From Octopus vulgaris (taxonomy: Eukaryota), in NCBI GenBank assembly GCA_951406725.2, contig OX597830.1:20956001-21020000 (forward strand): DNA of 64,000 nucleotides. Reading direction: 5' to 3'. The position numbers and the translations under genes are program-made. Positions 25,408 to 39,460 of this stretch are shown here, piece after piece (within the stretch, counting starts at the first letter, position 1; each line of letters opens with the position of its first letter). The notes below the pieces were generated by a model. That model worked only from the letters and a program-made list of their open reading frames with translations, did no database searches and was not told the DNA's origin.

Positions 25408-27333
25408 CTCCGTTACCCCAACGATTCGTAACATCCCGCGATCACATCACCGTCGCCGCCGCCATCACAGTTAACGCTACCCACGTCGCCTTCCTCCGGT
25501 TCTTATTTGTTTATTTATTTTTTTTACTCTGATTTTTTTTTTATTCAAACCTATGTATCGATCTCTCGACTCCTGTGACTTTCTCTCTCTCTCACTCTCT
25601 CTCACTCTCTCTCTTTCTAGATTATTTCTTTCCTTCCTTTTTCCTGTGTGTCTCCGCTGTCAATTCCTTCCGTTGTCTGCATGTCTGTCTGTCTCTCTCT
25701 CTCTCACTGTTCCTCTCTCTCTCTCTGTTCCTCTCTCTCTCTCTCTCTTTATATCTTTACTCCCAGTGTCACCACCACCACCACCACCACCACCACCTAT
25801 TTCATACGAAGAAGCCTCTTGTTGTTTATTTCCCTTTCTTTGTATAAAACTATGAGGGGACGTGATTGAGAGAGAAAGGACGAACAATCCCTCTGTCACC
25901 ACTAACACCGCCATCTTTAACGTCATTATCGAATCTCTAAGACTGATTAAAACACCTTCTCTCTCTCTCTCTCTCTTGCCCTTCCCCTCATTCTTTCTAA
26001 TATACTTTACTCTATCTTCCTCTTTTTCGCTACCCCTCTCTTTATGTTTTTACTTTTAGATCCTCCAGCATTCTCTCTTTTTTGCTGTCTTTTTCCCTAT
26101 CCCCCTCTCTCTCTCTCTCAAGATCTGTCTCTTCACCTATTTCTCCTACATATTCTTTCTTTCTTTCCTCTCTCCTATCTTTTTCACTTAAATCTCTCTC
26201 CTTGACTCTATAGTGTACTCTCTGTCTGTCTCTCTCTCTCTCTCTCATAATTTCTCACTTTCTCCTTCGCTCCTCTCTCTCTCTCTCTCTCTCTCTTCCA
26301 TAATTTCTCACTTTCTCCTTCGCTCGTCTCGTCTCGTCTCCCTCTCTCTTTCTCTCTCATTTTAAAACTTCCCACTTTTTCCTTCGTCGCCTTTCTCTCT
26401 CCTCATCTTCCGGTTTCCTCCCCCTTTCTCTCTCTCTCTCTTTCTTTCAATTCCTTTCCTCCTACCCCCACATCTCTCTCACTCAAGTATTGTTTCTCAT
26501 CTCTCTCTCTCTCTCACTCTCTCACACTTTCACTCTCACACTTTCACTCTCTCAAGTATTGTCTCCCTTCTCTTTCTGAACTCTCCAACTTTTTTACCTC
26601 CACCTTTTCCTTCTTCCTCTTCCCTCTCCTCACAAAAACATTCTCACCTTTCGCCATTTCATCACATTTATCTGTTATTGTTGTTGCTTGTTTTTACACC
26701 AAACAGGATGTTTTTTTCCCTCTTTACTCCGAGTATAAAGTGAAGTGTTATGTGTTGTATATGAGTGTGTGTGTGTGTGTGTGTGTGTGTTTTAGTGTCT
26801 ATCCTGGAAACTATACCTTTGTGTGTCTGTGTGTATGTGTGTGTGCGTTTGTGTTTTAAGTATTTTTCCTCAGGAAATACCATCCTGCGAGTGTGTGTGT
26901 TTGTTTGTGTGTGTGTGTGTGTGCAGTTTGAGAAGGTGACTTGACAAGTGTGTGCGATATGAGGAAAGTGTATGATGACATTGGTGGTGGTGGTGCTGCT
27001 GGTGGTGGTGATGATGATGGGCGAAATATGTGTTTTAATGTCTTTCCTGAGGAAACACCTCAGTGTGTACGTGTCTGTGTGTGTGTGTGTTTACGTGTGT
27101 TCTGAAGCACTTGTGTGTGTGTGTGTGTGTGTTGTTTTGTGAAGTGTCAATGTGTGTGTCAGGTGACACTTCCTAACACCCTCTGCACGCGCGTGTATGT
27201 GTGTGTACACACGTCTGTGTGTGTGTGTGCGTGCGTGTATGTGTTTGTGTGTGTGTGTTATGAATTTAACGTTAAAGCCTTCTCCGCCCATTCCCCTCGG
27301 GTTGTTCCCATTCTTTTAATTCGAATGACACAT

Positions 27334-27371
<38 letters not shown>

Positions 27372-27530
27372 ACACACTCACACACACACACATACACACA
27401 CATGTACTTACAAAACGAGAATCGCACACACACACACACACAAAGGTATAGTTTCCAGGATAGACACTAAAACACACACACACATACATACACGCATGTA
27501 CTTACAAAACACGCACAATCGCACACTAAT

Positions 27531-27568
<38 letters not shown>

Positions 27569-28436
27569 ATAAACGTGCACACATGTATGAACACATCTGT
27601 TCATACATAGATGTGTATACATTGATTTTACACTTGTAACCATCATCTACATACTTGTAAAATATATACACACACACGCACACACATACACGCACCTGTA
27701 CATATGCAAGCCATATGCTTACACATAACATGTACCATGGCACACGCATAGACCTGTGCACGCGCGTAAACGCAATACACACACAAAGGTTTCGTACACA
27801 CACATATATATATACACAAAACGCACACCGCGCGGGTGTCTACGTGCATATGCACACCGTACGAACACACATGACCCCCAAGATGAGTGCAGGGGTGGAT
27901 GCTAAAGGGTGTAGAAACGATCAGAGCGGGGAGATTATGAAGGAGGAAGGGGAACGGTGAGACGGGAGTCAGGTATCTTAATTGAACTGTCTCCTCCTCC
28001 TATTCCTCCTCATACACAAGGATCACTACCTTGCCCTTCCCCCCTGCCTATTTGCCACCATCTCTTATCCTCCCTTCTTCTCTCTCTCTCTCTCTCGCCT
28101 ACCACCTATCCACACAAGAAAAAAAAGAAGCTTCTGTTGTACCACGACCTGCAAAAAATAGCAGCTAAATCTCTCTCAAACTCAAATCGCATTCTTATTG
28201 CTCTGGGAAAAGTCACGCTCAATAACGGAGATTTTCTTTTCTTTTCTTCATTGTAGTTTGAAAAAAAAAACCCCCAAAGGGATAATCACGGTTGGACTGT
28301 TTTTCGGTCTTAGATTTTCTCCATCAGGGATGACCTGGAGCTACACAACAGCAATAACAAGCACCACTTAGCGAACCTCAATGCTCATCAGCACCATCTT
28401 CTGCGCCGTGTGCTTTCAACTTAGTATTATATTATA

Positions 28437-28727
28437 GGCGTAGGAGTAGCTGTGTGGTAAGTAGCTTGCTTACCAGCCACATGGTTCCGAGTTCAGTCCC
28501 TCTGCGTGGCACCTTGGGCAAGTGTCTTCTACTATAGCCTCGGGCCGACCAAAGCCTTGTGAGTGGATTTGGTAGACAGAAACTGAAAAGAAACCCGAAT
28601 CAAAAGAATAGACCGATAGAATAAGTACTGGGGCTTACAAAGAATAAGTCCTGGGGTCGATTTGCTCGACTAAAGGCGGTGCTCCAGCATGATCACAGTC
28701 AAATGACTGAAGCAAGTAAAGGAGAGT
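28437..28727 (+). mobile_element. SINE family A with the central microsatellite region deleted
   Basis: Intact head GGCGTAGGAGTAGCTGTGTGGTAAG joined at AAACCCG directly to the CAAAAG...CCGATAG tail. Confidence 0.85.
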
Positions 28728-28898
28728 ATACACTATGGTCCTAAATCTCTGTATTGTCTTAACACTATGTGTAGTCTTAAGACGTATAGTCGTAGAATAT
28801 TGTGTTGCCTTCAAACACTATGTGAACTTGAGACATTGTAGTTACAAAGACACTGTTGTAGCCTTCTGTTATACGTCTTAACACTATGTCATCTAATG

Positions 28899-29376
28899 CA
28901 GTGATCCCCCGATTATTGCGGTAAATTGGTTCCGAGACTGGCCGCGATAACTGGATTTCCGCGAAGTAGGGACACCATATTTACAGTATTTATTTAACGT
29001 ATATTTGGACTTTTGAAACCCTACCTGTACTGTTAACAACCCACCCATTACAGTAGTCTATTAATAACAAGGACAACTGTTAAGCAATAACACTTTAGAT
29101 TTTAAAAAAATAAAGGTTGTTACTGTTAGACAAGATTACAAAATAGACATGATTATAAAATAGAAAGCTCTCCATTGCACCAATCACAGCCCGTCTTAAG
29201 TTCAAATACCCCTGTATATGCTTTTTTGCTATTTTACACTTGTTTTGTTGTTCCTAGACTAGGAAATAATATTTATTATTAATATTTTAATGGATTTAAT
29301 GAAAAATTTTAAGCGTTCAAATCCGCTAAGTCGTGAATCCGCGATAGTTGAACCGCGAAGTAGCGAGGGATCATTG
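28899..29376. mobile_element. Tigger/pogo-like MITE
   Basis: TIRs CAGTGATCCCCCGATTATTGCGG / CCGCGAAGTAGCGAGGGATCATTG followed by TA; sub-terminal CCGCGA repeats. Confidence 0.8.
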
Positions 29377-29400
29377 TAATGTTGAGTATAGTCTCTAGAC

Positions 29401-29506
29401 CAGTGGTTCCCAACCTTTTCATTACCAAGGACCCCAGGATATTGAAATGTCTGTCAGCTTAACATGTTCACTGTCCCCTTTGCGGACCCCAGGTTGGGAA
29501 CCACCG
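29401..29506. mobile_element. hAT-Charlie-like MITE
   Basis: TIRs CAGTGGTTCCCAACCT / AGGTTGGGAACCACCG; 8-bp flanks CTCTAGAC / TTCTTGAC. Confidence 0.85.
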
Positions 29507-29674
29507 TTCTTGACTTTGTATACTATTACGATGTTGTAATCATAAGATATTGTCTAAGCTTAAGTTTCCATTTGTACTGGCTTCGAAATGGAGGTAACTT
29601 CCATTTAGTCCAATGATAGTGAATTTATGGCATGTATGTGTCAGTAGTGAAACGCTACGAGTATTTTAAAAGGC

Positions 29675-30186
29675 CAGTGCTACTCAAAGTGATGGTCCCG
29701 CGGACCGGCGCCGGTCTGTGAGCCATCAGCTGCCGGTACGTGGCGAGTTTCCAGAAAAGAAAGAAACATTATAAACTGATTATAAAATATTGTATTATTT
29801 GTTTACAATGTAAATATAAGATTTAAAAAAAAATGTCAACTTTTATTATATTCATCGTTTCCGGTATAAATTAATATTATCAAGAAATATTCTTTTCTAC
29901 TCTAGGCACAAGGCTCGAAATTTTGTGGGGAGGGGACCAGTCGATTAGCTCGACCTCAGGACGCAACTGGTACTTAATTTATCGACCCCGCAAGGATTAA
30001 AGGCAAAGTCTACCTCGGCGGAATTTGAAAGACAGACAAAATACTGCTAAGCATTTCGCCCGGCGTGCTAACGATTCTGCCAGTTCGCTGCCCTAATTAC
30101 TAAGAAATATTACCAATTCCTGGCACATTGGAATATAAAAAATAAAAACTACCAGTATGTCACATCAGATAGTTTGAGAAGCACTG
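29675..30186. mobile_element. hAT-like MITE with nested minus-strand SINE C (29892-30095)
   Basis: TIRs CAGTGCTACTCAAA / TTTGAGAAGCACTG; the SINE is flanked by duplicated AAGAAATATT (29882-29891, 30102-30111). Confidence 0.8.
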
Positions 30187-30547
30187 TTTTAGGTGACACT
30201 CGATAAAATTCGAAAACAAAATCTGCTAGTTTTTTTTTGTTTTGTTAAAAAAAAACAACTTCTGCCTACACATTAAGCTAAAACTAATAAAGCTTTCCTA
30301 CCTATACATTTATCTAAGGTTAATATAAAAGAATTACAGAGATGTACTTGCATAGCAAGTGACCTGATCTGAGATCATGTGCTGGAACGAAAACAATTGC
30401 AGCGTGGAAGGTGTTTATAAGCCATTTAAGAAACACACAAAAAAGAAATAACGCTAAAAACAAGTTTATATTATAGTTTCTATACACGTTTCACTATTAT
30501 GGCTGCTGTTTGGAACCCGGTAATAGTTGTTCCAAGTTCATTTAGAT

Positions 30548-31084
30548 CGGGGTCAGGGAACTTTCTTAACCGATTACCCAAACATATATATTACGCTGAC
30601 GTTACCCCCCCCCCTCATTTAAAAGGAGGGAAAATCATAAATTCTCTGAATTCAAAAGGTTTATTGAATACATTTATATGAATCTATTTACACGTCCATT
30701 ACAATGCACAGATGCAGAAGAAAAGTTTCTGCTGTAACAAGGAACACGTTTATATATATATATATATATATATATATTCTTTTACTTGTTTCAGTCATTT
30801 GACTGTGGTCATGCTGGAGCACCGCCTTTAGTCGAGCGAATCGATCCCAGAACTTATTCTTTGTAAGCCTAGTACTTATTCTATCGGTCCCTTTTGCTGA
30901 ACCGCTAAGTTACGGGGACGTAAATACACCAGTATCGGTTGTCAAGCGATGTTTGGGAGACAGACACAGAGGCACAAACATACACACACACATAATTTTA
31001 CTTATGTCTAATGAGTCTACATTGCCCCCAAGAATTTCATTTTTACCCCACTTGAGGTAATTTATCCCGGTTCGTCGACCCCTG
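30548..31084. mobile_element. hAT-like MITE with nested minus-strand SINE A 3' half (30777-30992)
   Basis: Ends CGGGGTCAGGGAAC / GTTCGTCGACCCCTG; flanks ATTTAGAT / GTTTAAAT. Confidence 0.65.
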
Positions 31085-31276
31085 GTTTAAATAATCTCTA
31101 TCTATTTATCTACACACACACGCACGCGTGAGTGCATGTAATATACAGGCTTATATGTAAATATATAAATGACATCCCTTTATCAGAGTGGATAGGACAC
31201 GAGTACAAACCGGGATGTTGATGGTTCACATCACGTCGGTGGTCAGTTAGAAACACGTACCATCGAAGAGGAACGG

Positions 31277-31360
<84 letters not shown>

Positions 31361-31362
<2 letters not shown>

Positions 31363-31597
31363 GGTATGTAGAAAAATACAACATGGACAAGAACGTATAA
31401 CTCTTAGAAGACGATACAATAAACACGGACAGGACATTCGAAACCCTCAGTCTTCAGTCAAGAACCGGATCATCGTAGTAATTTCGGCTGATTAATCTTG
31501 AGATTACTAGATCACGGCCAGCCCTCCAAGAAAAACTAAGCAACGAGCATTAGAAAAACTAAGCTGGGAGCGTAGATTTCCTGGAAGAAGGATCGAA

Positions 31598-31600
<3 letters not shown>
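31361..31600. mobile_element. Interspersed repeat inserted in (TA)n, probably Penelope-like
   Basis: High similarity to 3628-3764; both copies lie in (TA)n. Confidence 0.6.
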
Positions 31601-31667
<67 letters not shown>

Positions 31668-32136
31668 TGTTCTCGAAAAGTCTACGAGAAGTCAGAATAT
31701 TTATTGCGTAGACGACATAATCGGTTCGGGATCCTGCGACTAAATAAACACACACACACACACACATACACACACAATAATATCTTGAACTCTTCGATTA
31801 GAGTGAATAATAATAAAAAAAAAAAAAGACCATCAGAAGTTCAAAGAAACCAGAGGCAGTCTTGATTCAGGTCGTACATCCGTACATCCACCGTAGACAA
31901 ACGGAGTCGACGCGATGCAGTCTCTTGACGCAGTCGCTCGGCTTAACGACAATTAGCCAAATCTCCCTTAAATCACACACGCTCTGCTCTGTTAAAATAT
32001 AAAAAGATATATTACATCGGATCGAGTTGTCTAAGACGAAACGAGGCAGTATGGTCATGGCTGGAACGCCTTTGATCATATGTCTGTTCGTTCAGAGCTG
32101 ACTTGCAGCTTATCCACAACAACGGTAGCTGGTCAA

Positions 32137-32190
32137 TGTATGCATGTATGTATGTATGTATGTATGTATGTATGTGTATATATACGTATG

Positions 32191-32223
<33 letters not shown>

Positions 32224-32295
32224 ATGTATGTATGTATGTATATATATATATATATATATATATACGTATGTATATGTATGTATATATATACGTAT

Positions 32296-32333
<38 letters not shown>

Positions 32334-32476
32334 GTATATGTATATGTATGTGTGAATATGTATGTATATATGTGTAAATATGTATATATGTGTGTATGTA
32401 TATGTATATATATATATATGCGTATATATATGTGTATATATGTATGTGTATACATGAATATATGTTTATATATATT

Positions 32477-32516
<40 letters not shown>

Positions 32517-32608
32517 TATATGCATGTGTATGTATGTATGTATGTATATATATATATATACATATGTATATATATGTATATATATGCATGTATATGTATA
32601 TATATATA

Positions 32609-32643
<35 letters not shown>

Positions 32644-32678
32644 GCATATGTATATATGCATGTATATGTATATATATA

Positions 32679-32713
<35 letters not shown>

Positions 32714-32790
32714 GCATATGTATATATGTATATACATACATATATATGTATATATGTATGTATATACATGTATATATATGTATATATACA
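32137..32790. repeat. Long compound (TA)n/(TATG)n microsatellite
   Basis: Direct inspection. Confidence 0.95.
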
Positions 32791-33024
32791 CCGAGATAAT
32801 TGGTGCGTGGTGGGGAGATGACAGTGTTCGTAGAAACCAATTTATAAGGCAGACAAATGCCTTGCTTGACTACAAACTGATAACAGTTTCTCTCTCTCTT
32901 TCTCTCTCTGATGAAGAGTAAGGATCCAAGACATTAGCTTCTTCACTTCTACATACTTCTATTGGACTTACCCAGCTCCTTTTTCTCTTAGTTAGTAGGA
33001 GAGTTATTATTATCATCATCATCA

Positions 33025-33065
<41 letters not shown>

Positions 33066-33073
33066 TTAATAAG

Positions 33074-33890
33074 TCGGTGAGCTGGCAGAATCGTTATTGC
33101 ATCGGACAAAAATGCTCAGTAGCATTTCTTCCGGCCCCAGCTTCGCTTCTCATCCTTTCGGACTGTATAAAATGCCGGTCGATATAATCTACGTGCCCCT
33201 CCCTTCAAAATTTGCTGGCCTTGTGCTAAAATTAGAAAGGTTAGTAAGGCAGCGAGCTGGCAAAATCGTTAGTTGCAACAAACGAAACGTTTAGCCACAT
33301 TTGTTCCGGCTCTCTCTGTGTTCTAGGTTCAAATAGCGACGGCTTCAACTTCGCCATTTTATCCTTTCGTGTGAGTATATAATAAGGTGCCACTCAAATA
33401 TTGATGTCGATGTAATCGACGTGCTCCAGAGCCAGCAGAATCGTTTGTGCACCGGACAAAGCGCTTAGCAGCTTTTCATCCGGATCTTTACGTTCTGAGT
33501 TCAAATACCGCCGACGCGAACATTGCTTCCATCCTCTTTTTTTTTTTAATTCAAGCCTAGCCAGGCTCATGGGCCCGGTTTCCTGGTTTCTGTGGCGTAT
33601 GTGTTCCCTCCAGCTGGACGGGACGCCAGTCCATCGCAGCGTTACTCAAGAAACAGGAAGAAAGAGTGAGAGAAAGTTGGGGCGAAAGAGTACAACAGGG
33701 TTCACCACCACCCCCTGCCAGAGCCTCGTGGTTTTCGCTCAATAAACACACACAACGCCCGGTCTGGGAATCGAAACCGCGATCCTTCGACCGCGAGTCC
33801 GCTGGCCTAACCACTGAGACATTGCGCCTCCACCTTTATAAAATAAAGTATCAGACAAATATTAGAATCGATGTAATCGACTAGCTGCAC
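33074..33890 (+). mobile_element. Chain of diverged SINE C copies following (ATT)n
   Basis: Repeated GAGCTGGCAGAATCGTT heads near 33079, 33254 and 33429. Confidence 0.75.
33553..33832 (-). mobile_element. tRNA-derived SINE family D (resembles octopus OR-type), inserted into SINE C
   Basis: Minus: GGAGGCGCAATG..TCAGTGGTTAGG..GCGGACTCGCGGTCG..GGTTTCGATTCCC head; tail TGCGATGGACTGGCGTCCCGTCCAG...GAGCCTGGCTAGGCTT then an A-run. Confidence 0.8.
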
Positions 33891-34432
33891 TAATGCTAAA
33901 ATTAAAAATAGTTATTAATTTAATTATAACTGTTTAACACGGCGGCCAACGCCAGTTTCTAGTGACTCTGGCTTGTAACTCTGTTTATATACATCAGTAG
34001 TTCTCAATTTTTTTTAGCATCATGGTGTCCTGGAGATCAAACAAAACATATATAAATAAATATTAGAGTAATATAGTTTCCTTGTCAAACTCTGCAAGAT
34101 ATAAGAAATAACACAATGCGATGGTTTGTACTTCTACTTTGTATTTCAATATTTCGCAGATAGAAGCCCTTCTTCAGGAAATCTTCAGAGAAATTGTGTT
34201 GTGAGCTGGTTTCCCTACTCTGTAGTGTGTGTGTGTAGGTGTGGGAAGGGTCATTGGACTTGCGGTCGTGCTGGGAACCGCCTTGAGGGGCTTTATTGAA
34301 CGAATTGACCCCAATATTTATTTTAAAGTCTCGTTCTACTATCGGACTCTTGCCGAACCGCTACAATGGTGGCCGATAAATTCACAACGGTCATCAGGCG
34401 GTGGTGGGAACAAAGTCAAGGACACACACACA

Positions 34433-34483
<51 letters not shown>

Positions 34484-34497
34484 ACACACACACACAA

Positions 34498-34825
34498 TGC
34501 GCGTGACATAGTGGTTAGAGTATTCGGCTCACGATCGTATGGTCGTGATTTCGATTCCTGGCGACGCGTTGTGTCTTTGAACAAGACGCTTTATTTTCAC
34601 GTTTTTCTCCAGTCCACTCGGCTGCCAAAAATGCGTTGTACCTGTAATTCAAAGGGCCAGTTTTACCACATTCTGTGTCACACACTGAATCTCCCCGAGA
34701 ACTAAGTTATGGGTACGCGCGTCTGTGGAGTGCTCAGCCACTTGCATGTTAATTTCACGAGCAGGCTGTGCCATTGATTGGATCACCTGGAACCCTCATC
34801 GTCACAACCAACAGAGTGCCAGTTA
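34498..34825 (+). mobile_element. SINE family B
   Basis: Colinear with 2435-2740. Confidence 0.85.
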
Positions 34826-37333
34826 CACACACACGCAATAGAAAGACATCTCTCTCACTGTTTTCGACGGTAGAATTGTTGATTACAGAAATCCTCTACC
34901 TATATTTTCTTTTTCTCTCTCTCTCGCTCTGAAGATGCTATGGTCCGCTGCCATATACGAAGCTTGTTCTCGTACGCTGAGAAATTCAGCGTATGCATAT
35001 CTATTCTGGAAACAGCTGTAAAAAGCTATCTGCACACTGTCTTATTATTCATTCATTTCTATGATAGACTCTATTGTAACAACTAAATATATAAATTTCA
35101 TGCTCTGGCAAGACTTCCGCCCGTCCTCTCCAAAAAACCACCCTTAAAAAAAAAATTTTTTTAACCCTCTTTTCGGGCAATACGAATCTGCAAAAAAAAT
35201 TGGCAAAAATCAGCAGTTTTAAATTTCCCCCCATCCGCATTTCCTTCACTTTTTTTTTACTTTTTTCAGAATTTTTTTTCCAAAATACGTGGAATTTTTG
35301 TAAAAATTTTCTTAAGAATTGTTTTTTTTTCTAAATATGCGGGAAAATACGGACATTATGATTCGGACAAAAAATTCAAAACATTTCTGTAGTTTTGGTT
35401 AGGGTAAGGGTTAGTGTTAGGGGAAAAAGTCAAAATTGAAGAATTTGGGCGGGAGGGGGAAAAATTTAACAATGCCGATTTTTGGCAATTTTCTGGTACC
35501 TCCGTATTGGTACCAATTTTCTGGTACCTCCGTATTGGCAAATTTGGGAGAAAATGAGGTGGGGGACTGAAGTCTTCCCCATGCTCAAAACTGATATCAG
35601 TTGTTTACCTGTTCATTCTTTTTGTCTGCTGTGCGTGTACCCGCTCAATGATAAACCACTTATAGCCGTTCGTTACCAGGCAGCTACAACATCGATTTTT
35701 GCTTTAGTTGCAGTTCAAGCCGGAGGTTTAGGTGATAAATCAACCTGAGCATTTATGGTATATACCTATTGCAATGCGTTATTAGATGCGATTTTACCTG
35801 AACTGTGTAGGTTCGAATATATCTCGAGCATATCTGAACTGATAAGAAGTGTGTGTGTGTGTGTGTGCATGCGCGCGTGCACACACACACACACACACAC
35901 ACACGGGTGTTCATAAATTATCTATTTCTACTATTTATTGTAAAAACCATGCCAAAACAGACACGGGAACTTCGTGTAGTCTTCTACCTAGCCGACTCCT
36001 GTCAAACCGTCGAACCCATGCCAGCATGGGAAAGAAGACGTTAAATGACGGCAATAACGACGACGGTGATCGTATCTATTTAAAGTTCAGATCAAATGGC
36101 ATCTAAGTGGAAGTGTTGTGATGTTTCTAATGAAACTTTGCCGGTTTTCGATATGTTCTTTATATATCATTTCTTCATTACAATATATATACATCCAATA
36201 TATATGTTTATCGCATATCATTTTTATGCGGTATATTTTTTTTTAATGGTGGAACCCGAAGCAGATAATGCTGTTGATAATAATAGCATGTAGAATATTC
36301 GATTTAAAAAATATCCTTGGATTGAAAAAGTCGACGGCCATCCATGAATCTCGAACTCTCATCTTCTATAAACATGACACCTTCTCACAATGTATGTGGT
36401 GTGTGTGTGTGTGTGATCCAGTTACCCGTCAGAAGAATTATAGAGTGATTAACACTAAGCGATCATTGACGCTTATCACTACTTGATGAGGTTAGCCGTA
36501 AGCTGGAACATACCTGAGAGCTACCACGGTACCCGCCTGGGTAATTTTATCCCTACACACACACATATGTATAGTTGTAGCTGAAGTTATACTGACTGTC
36601 TCACGCTTGACCAGTTCACCAGCATCCGATGTTATAACAAATGTGACTATAATATATGCAGAATAAATGTGTTTTTTCCCCTTTATATAAGAAATCATTG
36701 AATAAGTTAGGTTGACGATATAAAAGTTTTTGATGTGTATGGGGACGCTATAGTTTAAGGTTACCGTTGAAGAACGTATTACGCGTACGTACACATTTGC
36801 ATACGCACACTCATGCACGACACACGTACACACACTTTTAGTGACCAATGATGGTTGGTTGTTCTGTTTACACGACAGGGAATATACATAGGAACACGAG
36901 GGAGGGAGTTCCACACTTGTCCTCAAACAACAACAGCCACCACCATTATCACTACTCTCACCATCACCACCACCGTCTTCATCACCTTAGCAGGTGTTTC
37001 AGAGAGAGTGTGAGTGAGGGAGGGAGACTGGCAGGCAGGCAGGCAGGCAGGCAGGCAAGGAAACCCCCGTTTGGAAGCAGGGATCTCTTTGCAATATCTG
37101 GGACATTTAAAGAGAGGTTTAATGTGTTGGCAGCAAACAATGGGAATTAACACATTTGTCTCTGCCATTATTCACCTCCCCTCCCCTCCCGCTCATTATA
37201 TCCCCTTCCCTCCCTCTTTTTTCTTTCACCTTGTTCCATTCTCTTTCTCTCTCTATCTCTTCCCCTTTCTTGCTCCAGCCTATTTTTTTTTACCTTGTTC
37301 CAGCATCCCAACTTCTATCCATCTATCTATCCA

Positions 37334-37404
<71 letters not shown>

Positions 37405-37999
37405 CTCTATCTCTTTCTCTCTATCTATCTATCTCCCCCCTCTCTCTCTCTCTCTCTCTCTATTATCTATCTATCTATCTCTATCTCTCCATCTTCTTTA
37501 TCTCCCCTGCATTTCTCTCACTCTCACTCTCTCTCACATACACTGTGTGTCTATCTTTACCTTGTTTTCCTTGTACCTTATCGTATCACCTTTTCTCCCG
37601 TCATTCCCCGTTCCTCCTACTCTCTCTCTCGTCTCTCTCTCTCTCGTTTCACTCTCCCTTACTCCAGTCACTCTATCACTCTATCCCTCTATCTCTCACC
37701 TTTCCCCCCGTCACTCTCCTTTCTCTCTCTATTCCTCTAACACTTTATCGGTCACGTAACTTAAACCATGCACTTTCTCTTTACCCCCCCCCCCCCCCAA
37801 AAAAAAACCCATTTGCCCATACACCCACCTTCGGACCTTCTAGAACCTTCATTCTTTCTCTCTCACTCGTCCTTCCACCATTTTGTTCTTTTTACACTTT
37901 CTCATTCTCTTCCTCCCTCTCTCTCTCTCTCTCTCTCTCAACGTGTATTTTCACCTTTTGTTCTCTTACAGCTTTCTTTTCCCTCCACCTTTCTCACTT

Positions 38000-38035
<36 letters not shown>

Positions 38036-39413
38036 ACTACTTTTTTTTTACTCTTTCTTCAACTCCCTTCTCACCCTCTTTATCTTATCAACTCTCACTT
38101 TCTCTCGTGCTCCCTACCTCTCTGTTTCCTTATTTCTCTCTCTCTCTCTCTCACTCCCACCACTACATAGTTAACTCCTCACCATCTTTATTTAGTCTTT
38201 CTTTAATTCCCTAACTCTCAACCTCTTTATCTTAGCAACTCTCCTGAACCTCGTCTCTCTCTCTCTCTCTTTCTCTCTCTTCCTTCTTCCAGCCATTCAT
38301 CTTAGCGTTGCATCACGACCATCTGCTACCGTTGTGTGTATATATATATATATATATATACGAGTTTCTGTATATGTCAGAGATACAGACACGTGTACAT
38401 ACTTTTTGTAGTATGTGTATGTGTTTATAATATACTTATAGGTTCATAACTTTAAAAGAAAAACAACTTTCTTTTTCACGTACGTGTGTGTGTGTATGTA
38501 TGTATGTATGTATGTGTGTATTTATGTAAAAACATTTCTTCGAAATTATAAATGTGTGTATACGCATGTATATAAATGGATACGTACAAACATCATCATC
38601 ATCGTCAACGTCGTCGTCAACATGTATTGTGCATTCTTGCTTTGCCGTCCTTATTACTTTCACATAGTTCTTAATTAATTCTTAATTAGGTATATAGATC
38701 ACTCTCTCCGAAAAATACGTTTTAATTTGTTTAACACAAATTAAAAACGTGCCCCGTAAGATACATATAACACAAAACACACACACATGTAGTCGTATGT
38801 ATGTATGTATGTATGTAATATATATATATATATATATGTATATTAACACACGATGTTGTACATACGCGTACAGTTCCCGTGGGTGCTGCTTGTCTGTCTC
38901 TGCGGTAGCTTAGCTGTCTATTCTAAACACCTGGATGTGTGATAAACACTACACATGAGGCGAATGCACATGCATAGATGCATGTATACTTGCATATGAT
39001 GAGCATGTGTAAACTTTATTTCAAATTCCCTTGTCCTCCTCTTCTCTTTCTCTCTCTCTCTCTCTCTCTCAGACACACACACACACACACATGTATACAT
39101 ACATAATATATATATATATATATATATACACGCTTTCTACATATTTTAGGATGGAATTTTTTTTTGAAATTTTATCTCTTGAAATTTTTGAACTAAAATA
39201 AAATTGAAAATAGTAGAATAGACATGAAATAAGAAACATGCATTGTGTGTGTGTGTATATATGTGTGTATGTGTGTGTGTGTGAGGAAAAGCTTTAAAAA
39301 CCCACATGTACAGACGCACACATATACAACCACATGCTGTTATATATATATATATATATATATATATTACTTTACATATATGCACTTGACTAAATGCACA
39401 TATACGCACACAC

Positions 39414-39460
<47 letters not shown>

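Noticed and set aside
35396-35540. TTAGGG-like repeats and a 24-bp direct repeat
   Set aside because: Only about four degenerate units inside what looks like a non-autonomous element; not an interstitial telomere array, and the family could not be assigned.
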